Shown: in pieces, positions 26,271 through 37,512 of the stretch
How positions within the stretch are numbered: the first letter of the stretch is position 1
Layout: the number at the start of each line of letters is the position of its first letter
Assembly: GCA_013265495.1 (NCBI GenBank)
Contig: MU058540.1
Coordinates: 1,017,696-1,081,695, forward strand
Reading direction: 5' to 3'
Length of the DNA: 64,000 nt
Source: Vicugna vicugna
Taxonomy: Eukaryota
Notes under the pieces: model-generated
The model's database searches: none
What the model was told of the DNA's origin: nothing
Seen by the model: the letters and a program-made list of their open reading frames with translations, nothing else
Program-made: the position numbers and the translations under genes

Positions 26271-29200
26271 TAAAAACTATCATGGTTTGGACAACAGGTT
26301 AAATAATTCCTGTTCCTCCTCTGCCTACCTTTTCCCATCTACCTTCTATGTTGGGCTGGACACACAGAACACTGTCACACCTCATCCCCATGACTTTCAG
26401 AAAACCCTGACTAATCTAACCACTAAATGGAACCATTCACACTGGTCTTTCCCTTAACTCCTCTAAGAGCTGCAGTTGACTCAGAAGCAAGAGGTAAACT
26501 GATAAGCAAATATGCTGACTGCAGAGATGAAGCAAGACATGAATCCCCAGAGAATGCTAAGGCACACCCCAACCTACCAAAACATCTGCATTTCCAAGCC
26601 ACAACTGAGAGATTGTCAGGGTCCTGCTACGCTACTTAGCAAAGCAGGGAAACACCTAACATACATCAGAAAGAATTTCAATAGCCTAAGTGAAAGTGAG
26701 CTTAACCTTCAGCTGTCCTGAAAAACAAAGTTGACTCAAATTCCCCATTCCTTGGACATTCCTGTTGGGATCACTGAAGTTCACTGGGTTGTCCTTGTAG
26801 AAACTGTATAATCCAACTCTAACAGGAAGAAAATGCTTCCTGTGGAAAAGACTGGTTCTGATATGACCAATTTCCCTAAGATCTCTTCCTTAGGCCTTGA
26901 CCAACCAGGTTGATGTCCCAGGCCTAGAACAGCTCCCTCTCCCAACCTGCTCCCTATGGGCACCCCCTCTCCCAGCCACCCACCTATCCAAATCCCATCA
27001 AAGCTTGCCCAAGCCTCATCTCCTCCAGACTTCCCTGACCACCCCAAGCTCCCATCCTGTCTCCTGTAGCACCTACCAAGTCTCTCTTTAAGCACCTAAC
27101 TCCCTAGTTCGAGTTTCAAGAGTGCAGGGAACATTACTTTATTCATTGATTGTACTCCAAGAGTTTGAACTAGTTCTTGGTACATAGTAGGCCCTCAATA
27201 AACTGAATGAATGAATACTTTCTCCTCCTGGCATCTCTGGGATTGCTACTCAGCTCTGGTGTTCCTGGTTCTAGTTCCTCCAGACGTGAAATTCACCAGG
27301 GCAAGGACTACAGCTCATTCATCTTTACCCCGGTCATTCACCATTCTGCTTAATAAATACCAATTGAAAAGAAAGAAAGGAAAGGAAGTCGATTCGGGGC
27401 ATTTGCAATCCAGAAAAAAATGGAGGTGGGGGTCAGTGGGTAGAGTTATTTGGATTTCAAGGGTGTGGGTAATCCTGGAGGGGAACAAGCTACTATATTT
27501 GCCTACAAATTTATTTATACCTGCCTTCTTCCAGAGGGTTTGAGGTGGCTTATAAAAATACACAGACATAATACAAGGTAAAAAACAAGTCGGTGAAGAA
27601 ATCAGGACGAGGGGAAAAGAAGAGTTGGAAAAATTAGACCAAGTCTTAGAAGCAGGCCAAAAAGGTTTCCCACAGCCCATTCGAGACGGAAGGCCTTCTC
27701 CCTTCCCCACCTCCTTCTCTCTCAGGGACCACCACAAGGCCGGGGAGAGCGGACCCGAGGTTAGCAGCGTCCAGGGGAGGGGTCTGGAAGGACCCCCCCT
27801 CCTCCCCAGCCCCAGAGCCCGGGCCTAGAAGCCAAGGCGGCCTCGGGGAGGGCTGTCGGCTGGGGAGAATGGCTCTGGGAGGACTTTCCCTGGCCCAGGC
27901 CTGGGGATCCAGGTTGCCGGCAGGGGCCGGTGACCTGAGCCGGTTGGGTAAGAGCTGAAGGATCGTTTTTCCACTCAATGCCACAAAGGTTCTCGAGCTA
28001 TTAACTCAAGGCCCTCCAGCCAAATCTACCTGCGGCCTACTAAGCGCGCGCTCCGCACGCAGGGCACAAAGATGGAGGGAGCAGCGCGCCTTCCACCCCG
28101 CCCCACCCCCGCCCCACCCCGCGCTAACTTCTCAAGGACTGCGTTTCACCTGGGCACGGGGCGGGGAACCAGTGTGCGGAGGTCGGCCTCCTGGCCCACT
28201 CCTAGCCAGGGACGGCCCCAGGCCCACGCCCTCGTCTTTGAACCCACTCGATTGGCCCCCAGCGCCTTCCCGCCCTGGCGTCCCCGCCCCCACCCGGCCG
28301 AGCACGTGCTGCCCCCGGCCCCGAGCGCCGGCCCGGCCCGGGTGGGGGCTGGGCCCACTCCCGGCTCTGCTCCCCACCCCCACCGGAAACATTCCTGAAA
28401 CATTCCTGAAACTAGGAGGCCCGGCCCCTCTGGTTTCCCCACCCCGCCTCTATTCCGGGCTCAGGGTTTTCCTGGCGTCCCCCTTCCACCGCCAGCTCGT
28501 CCCCTGAGGAGGGGGCTGGGCCAGGGCCTCGGCCGACTGGGGAGGAAGGGGAGCAAAGAAAAACATGAGTCACAGCCGTGTGTCACTGGGCCGCATTGCA
28601 ATTCCCTGCATCACGGGAGGTGTGGAAGGCCGCCTCAGGGACCAGGGGCGGGGAGGTGCGCCCGAGAAGGCCCCGGCCCGGCCTGCAGGGTGCGCCTCTG
28701 ACAGCGCCCTTTCTTCTCCCACCGCCCTCCCCGCCATCTTCCCACTTTGGCTTCCTTCTCGCCCGTGCAACAAGTCTTTATTGGGCGAAGCGCCGGGCGG
28801 GCCAAGCGTGGCGGGTACGGCGTGCGTAGACTCAGCCCCTGCCCTCAAAGTGCTTCCAGGCGACCACCAGCTCACGCTTTAATATTTTTAAAACAAAGTC
28901 ATAGCGGAAGGGACCAAGGTACCAAGTGGAGCCGCTTGTCGCCAAAACACCATCCGGGTCACCTAAAGGAATGAATCCTCCCACAGGTTTACCTGCAAAG
29001 GAGCCAATCGTTTGTCTCGCTTGAAGGCTGCACCTTGATTATGGCCCCCTGGGGCCCATTAGTAAATTTAAACTATGGATTTCACAAGTTTCACGTTTGA
29101 ATTTCACAAGACCTGTATTTCACCAGTCAGCCACACGCGGGTTGGCACTGAAACGCACATGCTGACACCTGTCCGCCCAGGGAAAGTCTACGAGCGGCGT

Positions 29201-29644
29201 ATCAGGGAGAAGGGGGCGGCTGGTAGGCCTCGGAATTCTCCAACCCGCGCGTTTCTTTCCACCCCTGCCGCCCGCGCGGACCACCGCAGGCACCAACGCC
29301 CGCCCACATCCACGCGCTCTGCGGGCGCCAGGCCCACACACCCGGAAGGCCCCTAGAGGTGACTCCCGGGGACCCCAGTTCCACGCAGTAAGGACGCCCT
29401 CCTCCCGCGCAAGGGTCCTTGGTACTCTCTCTGTACACCTCCCCAGGTCTCCCGGCCCGGGACAGTACGGAGTGGGCCGGGGCCTCGGGTTGCCAGCTCA
29501 GGCCTCCCGCGCGCCCGCCCCCGGACACCCGGCACCATACACCCCTCCCGCAGCCAGCACCCACCCGCGCCGCGGCGGCGGCGGCGGCTGGCGGGCGGCC
29601 GCCCTTTTAAATCCCCGGGCTCATTTGCATGGCCCCGCCCCCCT

Positions 29645-29786
29645 CAGTGACACGGCTGGCGCGGGCGGGCCCGTCCCCCCTGCCCCTGGGTCGCTCTTTT
29701 TAAGCTCCCCTGAGCCGGGGCTGCGCTCCTCTAATTGGGACTCCGAGTCCGGGCTATTTCTGGCCCTGGCGCGGCTCCAAGAAGGC
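29645..29786 (+). other. HMGA1: HMGA1 non-coding exon 1 (5' boundary approximate)
   Basis: Matches recalled HMGA1 5'UTR (TTTTTAAGCTCCCCTGAGCCGG...CTCCAAGAAGGC); donor gtgagt at 29787. Confidence 0.8.
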
Positions 29787-30030
29787 GTGAGTTCGCGGCC
29801 CCTCCGGTGGCTTCTTTTTTTTTATATCTATCATTTAATTAAATTATTTATTTATTGAGGCCGCGCACGGGCCGTGCCTAGCTTCCTGCCCCTCGCCATC
29901 CTTCGGGGGAGGGGGAATATTTTTGTCCCCCCCGCCTGGATGTGACATATAAATACCCCGCGGGGGCCTGGGCGGCGAGCACGCGGCGGCGGCGGTCTCT
30001 GAGCGCCTCTGCTCTCTCTCCCGGTTTCAG

Positions 30031-30147
30031 ATCCGCATTTGCTACCAGCGGCGGCGGCGGCGGCGGAGCCAGGCCGGTCCTCAGCGCCCAGCACCGTCGC
30101 TCCCGGCAGCCCGGAGCGCGCACCGCAGGCCGGCGGCCGAGCTCGCG
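30031..30147 (+). other. HMGA1: HMGA1 non-coding exon 2
   Basis: Pyrimidine tract then tttcag|ATCCGCATTTGCTACC...GAGCTCGCG|gtgagt; matches recalled HMGA1 5'UTR. Confidence 0.88.
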
Positions 30148-33100
30148 GTGAGTCGTCCCCGGGGCCCGCGGCGGCGGCGGCGGAGGGGGGCGCCCGCGCC
30201 CCCGCTGCACGCCGCCTCTACTGCAAGCCGCCCGGGGCTGCAGCGCGCGCCTCCGGCTTTATTCCCAGGCCGGGGCTGCGCGAGCCGCCGGCGGGGGAGG
30301 GCCGCGAGTCGCGGGGGCGGGCGGCGGGGCCCGGCGGCGCGGGGAGGGCGCCCGCACCCCTTCCCCCGCGCCTCGGGGGTCCTGCGGGGGGCGGGAACCC
30401 AGGAAAGGCGCGCGGTGGGGGAGGGGGCGCGCGGCTGCAACGAGCGCGAGTTGTGCACCCGGCGGAGCCCGGTGCACCTCGCGCTGCCGCCGATCCCGCC
30501 CGAGCCCGGGCCCGGGGTGGTGGGGGGCGGGGAGAGGAACAGGCTGCGGCGCAGCGGGAGAGTGGGGGACCGGGCGCCCCCCGCAGCCTGGGGAAGTTCT
30601 AGAAGTGAGGGGGATGGGCAGGAACCCCGCAATTCGGCCTTACTCCAGCTCGGCCTCTTCTGGCGCCCCCCCCCGCAGAAGAGGCCGAATCGCGGGCCTG
30701 GGTTTGGGGCTTCACCCGGACCCCACCTCTGGCCCGGCCCGCGCCTCTTCAGCCCCCAGGGCCCGGCCTGCCCTCCGCCCCCACAAACTGGTTTCTCTGC
30801 TTTGCTGGGCTCTGTTGGAACTAGTCCCTTTGACTCCCCGTTAAATTTTTTTTTCTGGGGTTTTATTTTGCGGGGAGGGCGCGGAGGGAGGTGGCTTTCT
30901 TCCTTTACCCCGCGCGCGCCAGGTTTCCTGCCCCAAGGCGGGCTTGGGTGCCCCCTCTGGCAGGAAGTGGGGCCGGGTGCACCCGCGTGGCGGTGCATGC
31001 GGTCGGGGTGCACCGGTTTCCCGCGCCTGCAAGAGCGGCCTTCGCCCCTCCCCCCGTGCGCTCTAGTCCCTAGTCCACCGGCCAGACACAGACACTTGCA
31101 GAGTCACCCTGGACCCAGGTTTGGAACTGGGGCCACAGGCACTTAACTAGCCCCTGAGGCGGGTCAGGAAAGTGGCGGGCTAGAAAGATCGCCAGGAACC
31201 CACTCCATCCTGCCTGCCCACTTGCTCTGTGACCTTGGGCACTCATCAGGCCTCTCCGGGTTACCTTTTTTAGGGGGGAAACAAGTTAGTCCCATGATGA
31301 TTTCCTAGGGTCATTCCTGCAGATTGCCTCAGCATTTGTGGAGCGCACATTGCGTGCACAATGTGTGGAGGAGACAAGCTTGAGACCCAAAAAGGCATAC
31401 TACAAACTGAGGGATTGCGGTTGGGCCCTGAACGTGGCTTCGCCAAGCCAAGCTTCTCTGATGTTCAGAAACAGGTGGAAGAGACAAGCATTTGTTGGTC
31501 TCACCAGACAGGGAGGGCCTAAAGGCCTTCATTCAGTTCATGGACGCCTGGATGTGGGGTGGGGGTGAGTGTATTAAAGGGTCCCCAGCAGCAGGAGGTC
31601 GGAGGAAGCACCAGATGATGCAAGAGCTTGCAGGGACACCCACCAGGATCCCCCAGGCAGGCCTAGGCTCTCCAGATTACTGACTGGCTTCGCCCAACTG
31701 GAACCCCCTCTCTGAGGGGGCCTCCAGCAGACCTCATGTGAGGTCAGCACTCATTTAGCTGATTAATTTTGATGTTTAGTTTTGAAGGGGGACCTGTGGT
31801 AATATAAGATCCTAATCACTGCCTGTAATTACAGAGCAGGCCAAGCCACTAATGATGGAGCAGGATAAATCACCAACCACCTTGTTTAAAAGGGTCTTCA
31901 AGTCTGAAATATTAGAAAATGGAATAATTACCAGACAAAGTCTTGCTGTCTGGAGCATTTCGATACTTGAAGATCAGGGTTTTGGGCCCTCTAAAAGTCA
32001 CAAGTTTGCAAAAACGATTTTTCCTCTCATGGGATTAAAATTGGAAATTGTCTGAAGCTGAAAAGGGGAAAGTAATTTTCAAATGTTCCCGTTCTCATTT
32101 TGATTGGAGTGAAGATTTCCGTTGTTAAAGTATTTTAAAATATTAGCTGGTTTGATCGTTACAGCAGTCTGCAGAGGTAGTTAAGGTAGGTGCATTATCA
32201 TTACCCTCATTTTACAGGTTGAGGGGCTTTCAAGTGGAGCCATAGGCCTCCCAGGACACGTCTTAATCTGTAACTTAGGAATAATAATTGAGAGGACAGG
32301 GATGGGGATGTGAGAGGACCCTCACTGTCCTTTCTTAGCCTCTGGAAGAGACTCCCAAATACAGGTTGCAGGTGCTCCTTGCAGAGGGAGGTTTTAGGTG
32401 AACTCTGAATTAGTAGGACTGATTAAGCCCAAACAGGCCTCTAAGAAGAGGGAAGATGCTAGAAAAGGACCAAGGAGCTTTTAGGATCAGCTGTGTTAGG
32501 GCTTCAGGGGGCCAGGTAGCATCTGTCAGAAGGGTCCCTCTCAGTTGAAGGAATCCCTGCCCCTCCTGTAAGGAGGCATCAGGGAGAAAGATCTCATCTG
32601 ACTCCAGGGGGGTGGGTTGGGGGCTATGGGAAAGAGGAGACTCACCTTTCAGGTTTGGGGTTTTCTTCCCCCACCCCACCTCACCATTGCAGTTCTATCC
32701 ATCTTCCCCCTTCTTCCTAAATTGTCCTCATCTTCTGAAAACTCAAAGCTTCACCCAGGGAGAGAGTAGCAGAGAGACTGGTGGGGAAGGCACCAACCCT
32801 GACCATGTGATTGGTGTGGCATGTGAATGTTGGCCCTTAAAGAGTGTTTGGTCCTGAGGCTTGGGCCTTGGCATGTGGGCAGCACGGTGGATGAGGTGGG
32901 CCAGGGATTGATGGCCGTGGCTGCCAGATGCCCAGGGCTCATTCTCTGCTTACCTTTCCTCCCTTGTTCCCTGTGAGCTATCCAGGCTTGGCTTTCTCCT
33001 AAAAAGAAAGGGCAGTTTGGTGGAGGGAGAGGCCCTAGGGGTGTGAGGACCCCCACCCTGCCCACATCTTTGCCAGGGTGGCCTCAACCACAGCCACATC

Positions 33101-33291
33101 TGGACTGGCTGAGCTCTTGGTCCCCAGCCCTGTGGGGGTTGCAGGACAACAAAGAGCCCTTCTGAACAGGAGATAAGGAGCTGATTAGGGCCAACGGCCC
33201 AGCCCCGCCCTGTGGCTGCCTGCTGGGGCTGAGCAGACTCCCATGAGCTAGGCAGAGTGGGAATCCTGGGTGCCCCGGGGAGCAGGCAGGA

Positions 33292-33358
33292 CTGGTGAGG
33301 GGGTAGGAAGTGGCTAAAGCCAGATGTTTTGTTTAAAACAACTTTTCCGGCCCTCCAG
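33292..33358 (+). ncRNA. Candidate 5'-tailed mirtron hairpin resembling human MIR6835
   Basis: 5' arm AGGGGGTAGGAAGTGGCTAAAG (33298-33319). 3' arm AAAACAACTTTTCCGGCCCTCCAG ends exactly at the intron AG. Both resemble recalled hsa-miR-6835-5p/3p; expression unknown. Confidence 0.45.
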
Positions 33359-33402
33359 CATCCTAGCCGTCACTCCTCCACCTGCTCTGCAGACGAGGGA
33401 AG

Positions 33403-33537
33403 ATGAGTGAGTCGAGCTCGAAGTCCAGCCAGCCCTTGGCTTCCAAGCAGGAAAAGGACGCCACTGAGAAGCGAGGGCGGGGCAGGCCGCGCAAGCAGCC
33501 TCCGGTGAGTCCCGGGACGGCGCTGGTAGGGAGTCAG
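33403..33537 (+). CDS. HMGA1: HMGA1 coding exon 1 (aa 1-45, AT-hook 1). The exon starts at 33359 in the 5'UTR; an alternative donor after 33504 gives HMGA1b.
   Basis: Translates MSESSSKSSQPLASKQEKDATEKRGRGRPRKQPPVSPGTALVGSQ. Acceptor ccctccag ends at 33358. Donors gtgagt at 33505 (1b) and gtgggt at 33538 (1a) are 33 nt apart. Confidence 0.98.
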
Positions 33538-35303
33538 GTGGGTGTCCAAACCTTTGCCTCAGTTTACCTCTTTGGGCTAGGGAGGTGCCAGGCATCTTGG
33601 AAGGCCAAAACCAGACTGGCAGGGTGCAGAATCATTCCTATCCATACACCTGCGCACTCTGGACATGCCATCTCTAGTCTGATCCTCTTGAGACCCAGGA
33701 GAGAAGTTGGGGCTGAGGGAGCTCGGAGCTCGTGCCAGAAAGTCCAAGCCAGAAGTGACCCTGTGGTCACACAGGTCAGTGTTTACACTGTGGTAAACCA
33801 CCCACCCTTTATTTCCAGTCTATCATGAGCCAGCACATTTATAAGATGTACTAAAGATGGGTTATGGAAATGTGAAGATACATGTACATATAAGCCCAGG
33901 GTTTTTAGTCGTTATATTGCACATGATATATATTGCATATGATATTACTCTGTTAATTTACTATGAAGGTGTCTTGATACTTATTGTTGATTGGCCCTGG
34001 ATTAGGCTTTGGCCCAGCTCTGTAAAAGGGAATTGAAGTCCAAGAAGTTGAAAATGTTGGGGGAGTTGGTGGCAGAGTGACACAGAACCCAGGGTATGCC
34101 CTGCTAAGGTCCCGTGAAGTTAAAAGGCCAGCCTGGCACCGTGCCCCCCACCTCCTCTGCGAGCTTGGCCAGTTAGGCTGTGAGGACCACCTGTTATGTG
34201 GTGGAGATCTTGGTTTCTTGGTTTCTCTCCCAGAGGGGCAGCTGTCCCCAAGTGAGGGGCAGCTGCACGTGAATGTAGCCCAGTTACTTCCCTTTCAGCT
34301 GGGAGAGAAAGGAATTGAGGTCAATCCCCTTGCCCTTTACATGTCAGGCAGGTTGTTAAACACCAAGCCCCGGGCATCCCCCTCTAGAGTGGAGAGGTCT
34401 AGAGGTCTCTCCTGACTCTTCGGGAGCCAGGAGGAGTCTGATGGGTGGTGGAACTCAGCTGCCTCTTTCAGAGCCCACGGTATAATGCGTGGGAACCCAT
34501 CCTCTTAGTCTGGTTCCCTTTGCCTCCCCCTGCCGCCTGTTAGCTGCGGTCAGTGGGGGGTGTCAGAGGAGTGTTGAGTTACTGGACCATGAACAGCCCA
34601 TGGGTAGCTGCCTTGGGAAACCATAGCTGATGTGCATTTACTGCCCAGCTTCTATGCATTATGTAGCAGCTTTTTATTCCGTCTTGGGCTTACTAAAATT
34701 TCAGCGGTGCCAACAACAGGGATCTCTGGGTTCCAAGGTCTGGGCATAACTGCTACCTGGGAGGCAGCTGGGAGGGAGTCCAGTTTGCAAGTAGAGGCTG
34801 GACGCTCTCTCTAGGGGAAGGGGGAAGCCTTTCCTATCTTCTAAGGGGGTGGACAATGATCACAGCCCAGTGCTGACACCTATACATTCTTCATTGAATT
34901 TTTGTGGCACTTTGCCAGCTAAGTCTTTAAACCGTTTACAGATGAGGGAAACTGAGGCTCAAGCGTGAAGTGTCTTGTCCAAGATCTTAGACTATAGAGC
35001 TAGTCAGTGGCAGGGCTGGGGTATGGGCAGAGCTGCATAACGGTGTCTTTCTGTCCCCATGACACCCTTCCCAGGAGTCTTCCTGCCTCTTGTCATTTTG
35101 CTGTCACAGGGAAGCAAGGGGAGAGGCTTTGCAAAAGATGTTCAAACTGAGAATTTAAGTCCCGAGGGCCACCTGTGGATTCTGGAGTTGGGGGTTGGCC
35201 TGTAGACCTAAGTTTGCTGGGGTAGGGCAGAGGGCTCTGTCTTCTGAAAGGAGTGGGTCAGGGTGACACCTGTGTTCCTGACCTGTCCCATCTGTCTTCG
35301 CAG

Positions 35304-35387
35304 AAGGAGCCCAGTGAAGTGCCAACACCTAAGAGACCTCGGGGCCGACCAAAGGGGAGCAAAAACAAGGGTGCTGCCAAGACCCGG
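35304..35387 (+). CDS. HMGA1: HMGA1 coding exon 2 (AT-hook 2)
   Basis: tcttcgcag|AAG...CGG|gtgagg; encodes KEPSEVPTPKRPRGRPKGSKNKGAAKTR; 84 nt, phase 0. Confidence 0.98.
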
Positions 35388-36028
35388 GTGAGGCTTGAGA
35401 GGGTTAGGGTTAAGAGGAAGGAGGGCCCTCTCCCCACGACAGCAGCTGTGGGAGGTTTGGGAAGGAGCTGGCTTGTCCTATTCTCTGCACTCCCTTTCTC
35501 TGGCATGTGGGTGGCCATGGGTCTTTGCTAATTGGCCAGGGGTGAGGACTGAAGGTCTGTCTGTAGCCTTGGTCCTCCCTAGGACAACTGGAAAGCAAGT
35601 CAAATGTCCTGCAGCTTTGGGAAGAGGGAAGGGGCAGCTCCACCCTGGGCTGAGAATGTTACCTTCTCTCCCAGAGGCCCCCTGCATCCTGAGGGAGTGT
35701 GGATAAGCAGGGAAGGCCAGATTTACGGTGGCATCAGCCTTTCAGAGAACTTGTTTTGTTTTTTATTTTATTTTTTTCTAAGACACGACTCATATCCTCT
35801 GAGTCATGGGTGGAGGAGGGAGTGGGGGGCGTGTGTGTATGTTGGGGTGGGGGGGCAGTGTGGCCGGCCAGTCATCACCAGCTGGGGTGAGAGTCCTGGG
35901 CTGCCCTGAGCAGAGGTAGGGGGACCTGCCCCTCCCTACTCTCCCTCGCCGTCCAGGGTACCGGTCATTGGGTGAGCCCTGTCAGGGACATTTTTGACTT
36001 AGATATTTTATTTTCTCTGACCATCCAG

Positions 36029-36079
36029 AAAACTACCACAACTCCAGGGAGGAAACCAAGGGGCAGACCCAAAAAACTG
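36029..36079 (+). CDS. HMGA1: HMGA1 coding exon 3 (AT-hook 3)
   Basis: ccatccag|AAA...CTG|gtaggt; encodes KTTTTPGRKPRGRPKKL; 51 nt. Confidence 0.98.
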
Positions 36080-37458
36080 GTAGGTGAAGAGGCTGGCAGC
36101 TTGGGTCTTGTGGGGAGGCTGTTAAGGGGTGATGCCCCATCTGTGTGCCCACCACAGAAAGATGGCTCTCCCTGACCTGCAGGGCCAGGAATGATGGGAC
36201 TTCATGTTTTACTCAGGCCCAGAGAGGGGAAGGGATTTGCCCAAGGCCCAGGCACCTGGCCCCCAGCCCAGGGCTTTTAAAGGGCTATGTCCATGAGAAG
36301 TGAGGGGTCCCAGGTACAAAGCAAACCAGACCCCTTCCCTGCCCTACCTGGGGGCGGTCCCTTCGTCTGCTTCTGAAACGGACTCAGAACTTCTAGGGAG
36401 AACTTGGAAGTCATCTAGTCCCCTCCCCACCACACACCCCCAACCCCCATTATAGAAATGCGGAAAGGAAGCCACAGAGAGAAGGGGTGAGGTTTGGCTT
36501 GATTCTTGGGAGAGAAGAAGCAGAGGAGCTCACCGTGGGGGTGGGGTCAGTGTTGGGTGGGAGTTGAGGTGTGATGCCTCATGGAGGTACTTCCTCACAG
36601 GAAGGCATCGTCTGTTTCTGGGCCCCCAAATAGCCGGTAGTGGAAGTGGACAGGCTGAGGGAGACTGCCTCTAGGGGGAACACTGCAGTGAGGGCCACCC
36701 CAGCCTTCCTCTGCCTGGCCCTTTCCGACCCCCAACCTGTTCCTGCGCTCCCTGAGGCCTTCATTCCTCGAGCTGAGCCACCAGAGGGTGAGGGGGGCTA
36801 AGGGGTGCTGGCGGGGCCCCAGGAGTGAGTAACAGGAAACAAGTTGTTTTGGAGTTTGTGCCTGGCACGGGGGCCCCCGTGTGGTGTCCCGACATTCCCG
36901 CCCAGTGAGTGAGCCCCGGCGGCACACACTTCCCCTTCCTCCCCGCCCTGGCCTGGGGTCAGCCCGCGGCCGTGGCCACTCTGCAGCCCTGGTCCACAGC
37001 CCAGCAGCTGCCCCTGTAGGCTAAGGCCACCTGGTTCCCCTTCACCCGCCAGGGGGGGCTCATGCACCCTCCAGCCACCCCTTCCCACCCCATTTCCTCT
37101 CCCTGGCCACCTCTTCTCCCCTCCGTGAGAGCCAGTCACTTCCTCACTTCCTCGAGCTCAGTGCTGTCCTGAGCTCTGCCAGGTCCCCCCTGCCATGGGC
37201 CTGGGGGCCAAGAGGGCCTGGCTCTATGTGAGAGCAGCATGTGTGTGGTTTTTTTTTCCTCCCTTTAAATTCTTCCTTTTTTATGAATGAAACTGGGCCT
37301 TGGAGGTTGCTGAGTCACCCACACACTCAGCCCTGACTCATCCCCCTTCTGGAGAGCCAGGGAGTGCAGGGAGGGGTGGGGGCAAGCTTGGCTTCTGGGG
37401 GTGGAGGAGGAGGGGGGCAGGCCTGGCATTCCTGCTGATGGCCCTGCCCACCTCACAG

Positions 37459-37512
37459 GAGAAGGAGGAAGAAGAGGGCATCTCGCAGGAGTCCTCAGAG
37501 GAGGAGCAGTGA
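37459..37512 (+). CDS. HMGA1: HMGA1 last coding exon (acidic tail and stop)
   Basis: cctcacag|GAG; encodes EKEEEEGISQESSEEEQ*. Joined CDS is 45+28+17+17 = 107 aa. Confidence 0.98.
   Translation, partial: EKEEEEGISQESSEEEQ

Larger units (their letters stand above)
27700..31100. promoter_or_regulatory. HMGA1 CpG island and multi-start promoter
   Basis: Very high GC and CpG density. E-box CACGTG 28303-28308, AP-1 TGAGTCA 28566-28572, octamer ATTTGCAT 29623-29630, GC box ~29633-29642, TATAAATA 29948-29955. Confidence 0.9.

Noticed and set aside
30039..31146. Long ORFs (332 aa +, 310 aa -, 187 aa +) in the HMGA1 CpG island
   Set aside because: Low-complexity G/R/P/A translations are expected from stop-poor GC-rich DNA. 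The 332-aa ORF begins at the GTG of the exon 2 splice donor, and no domain is recognisable.
33538..33828. 141-aa extended HMGA1 ORF
   Set aside because: Read-through into the intron past a valid donor; the added sequence has no HMGA-like features.
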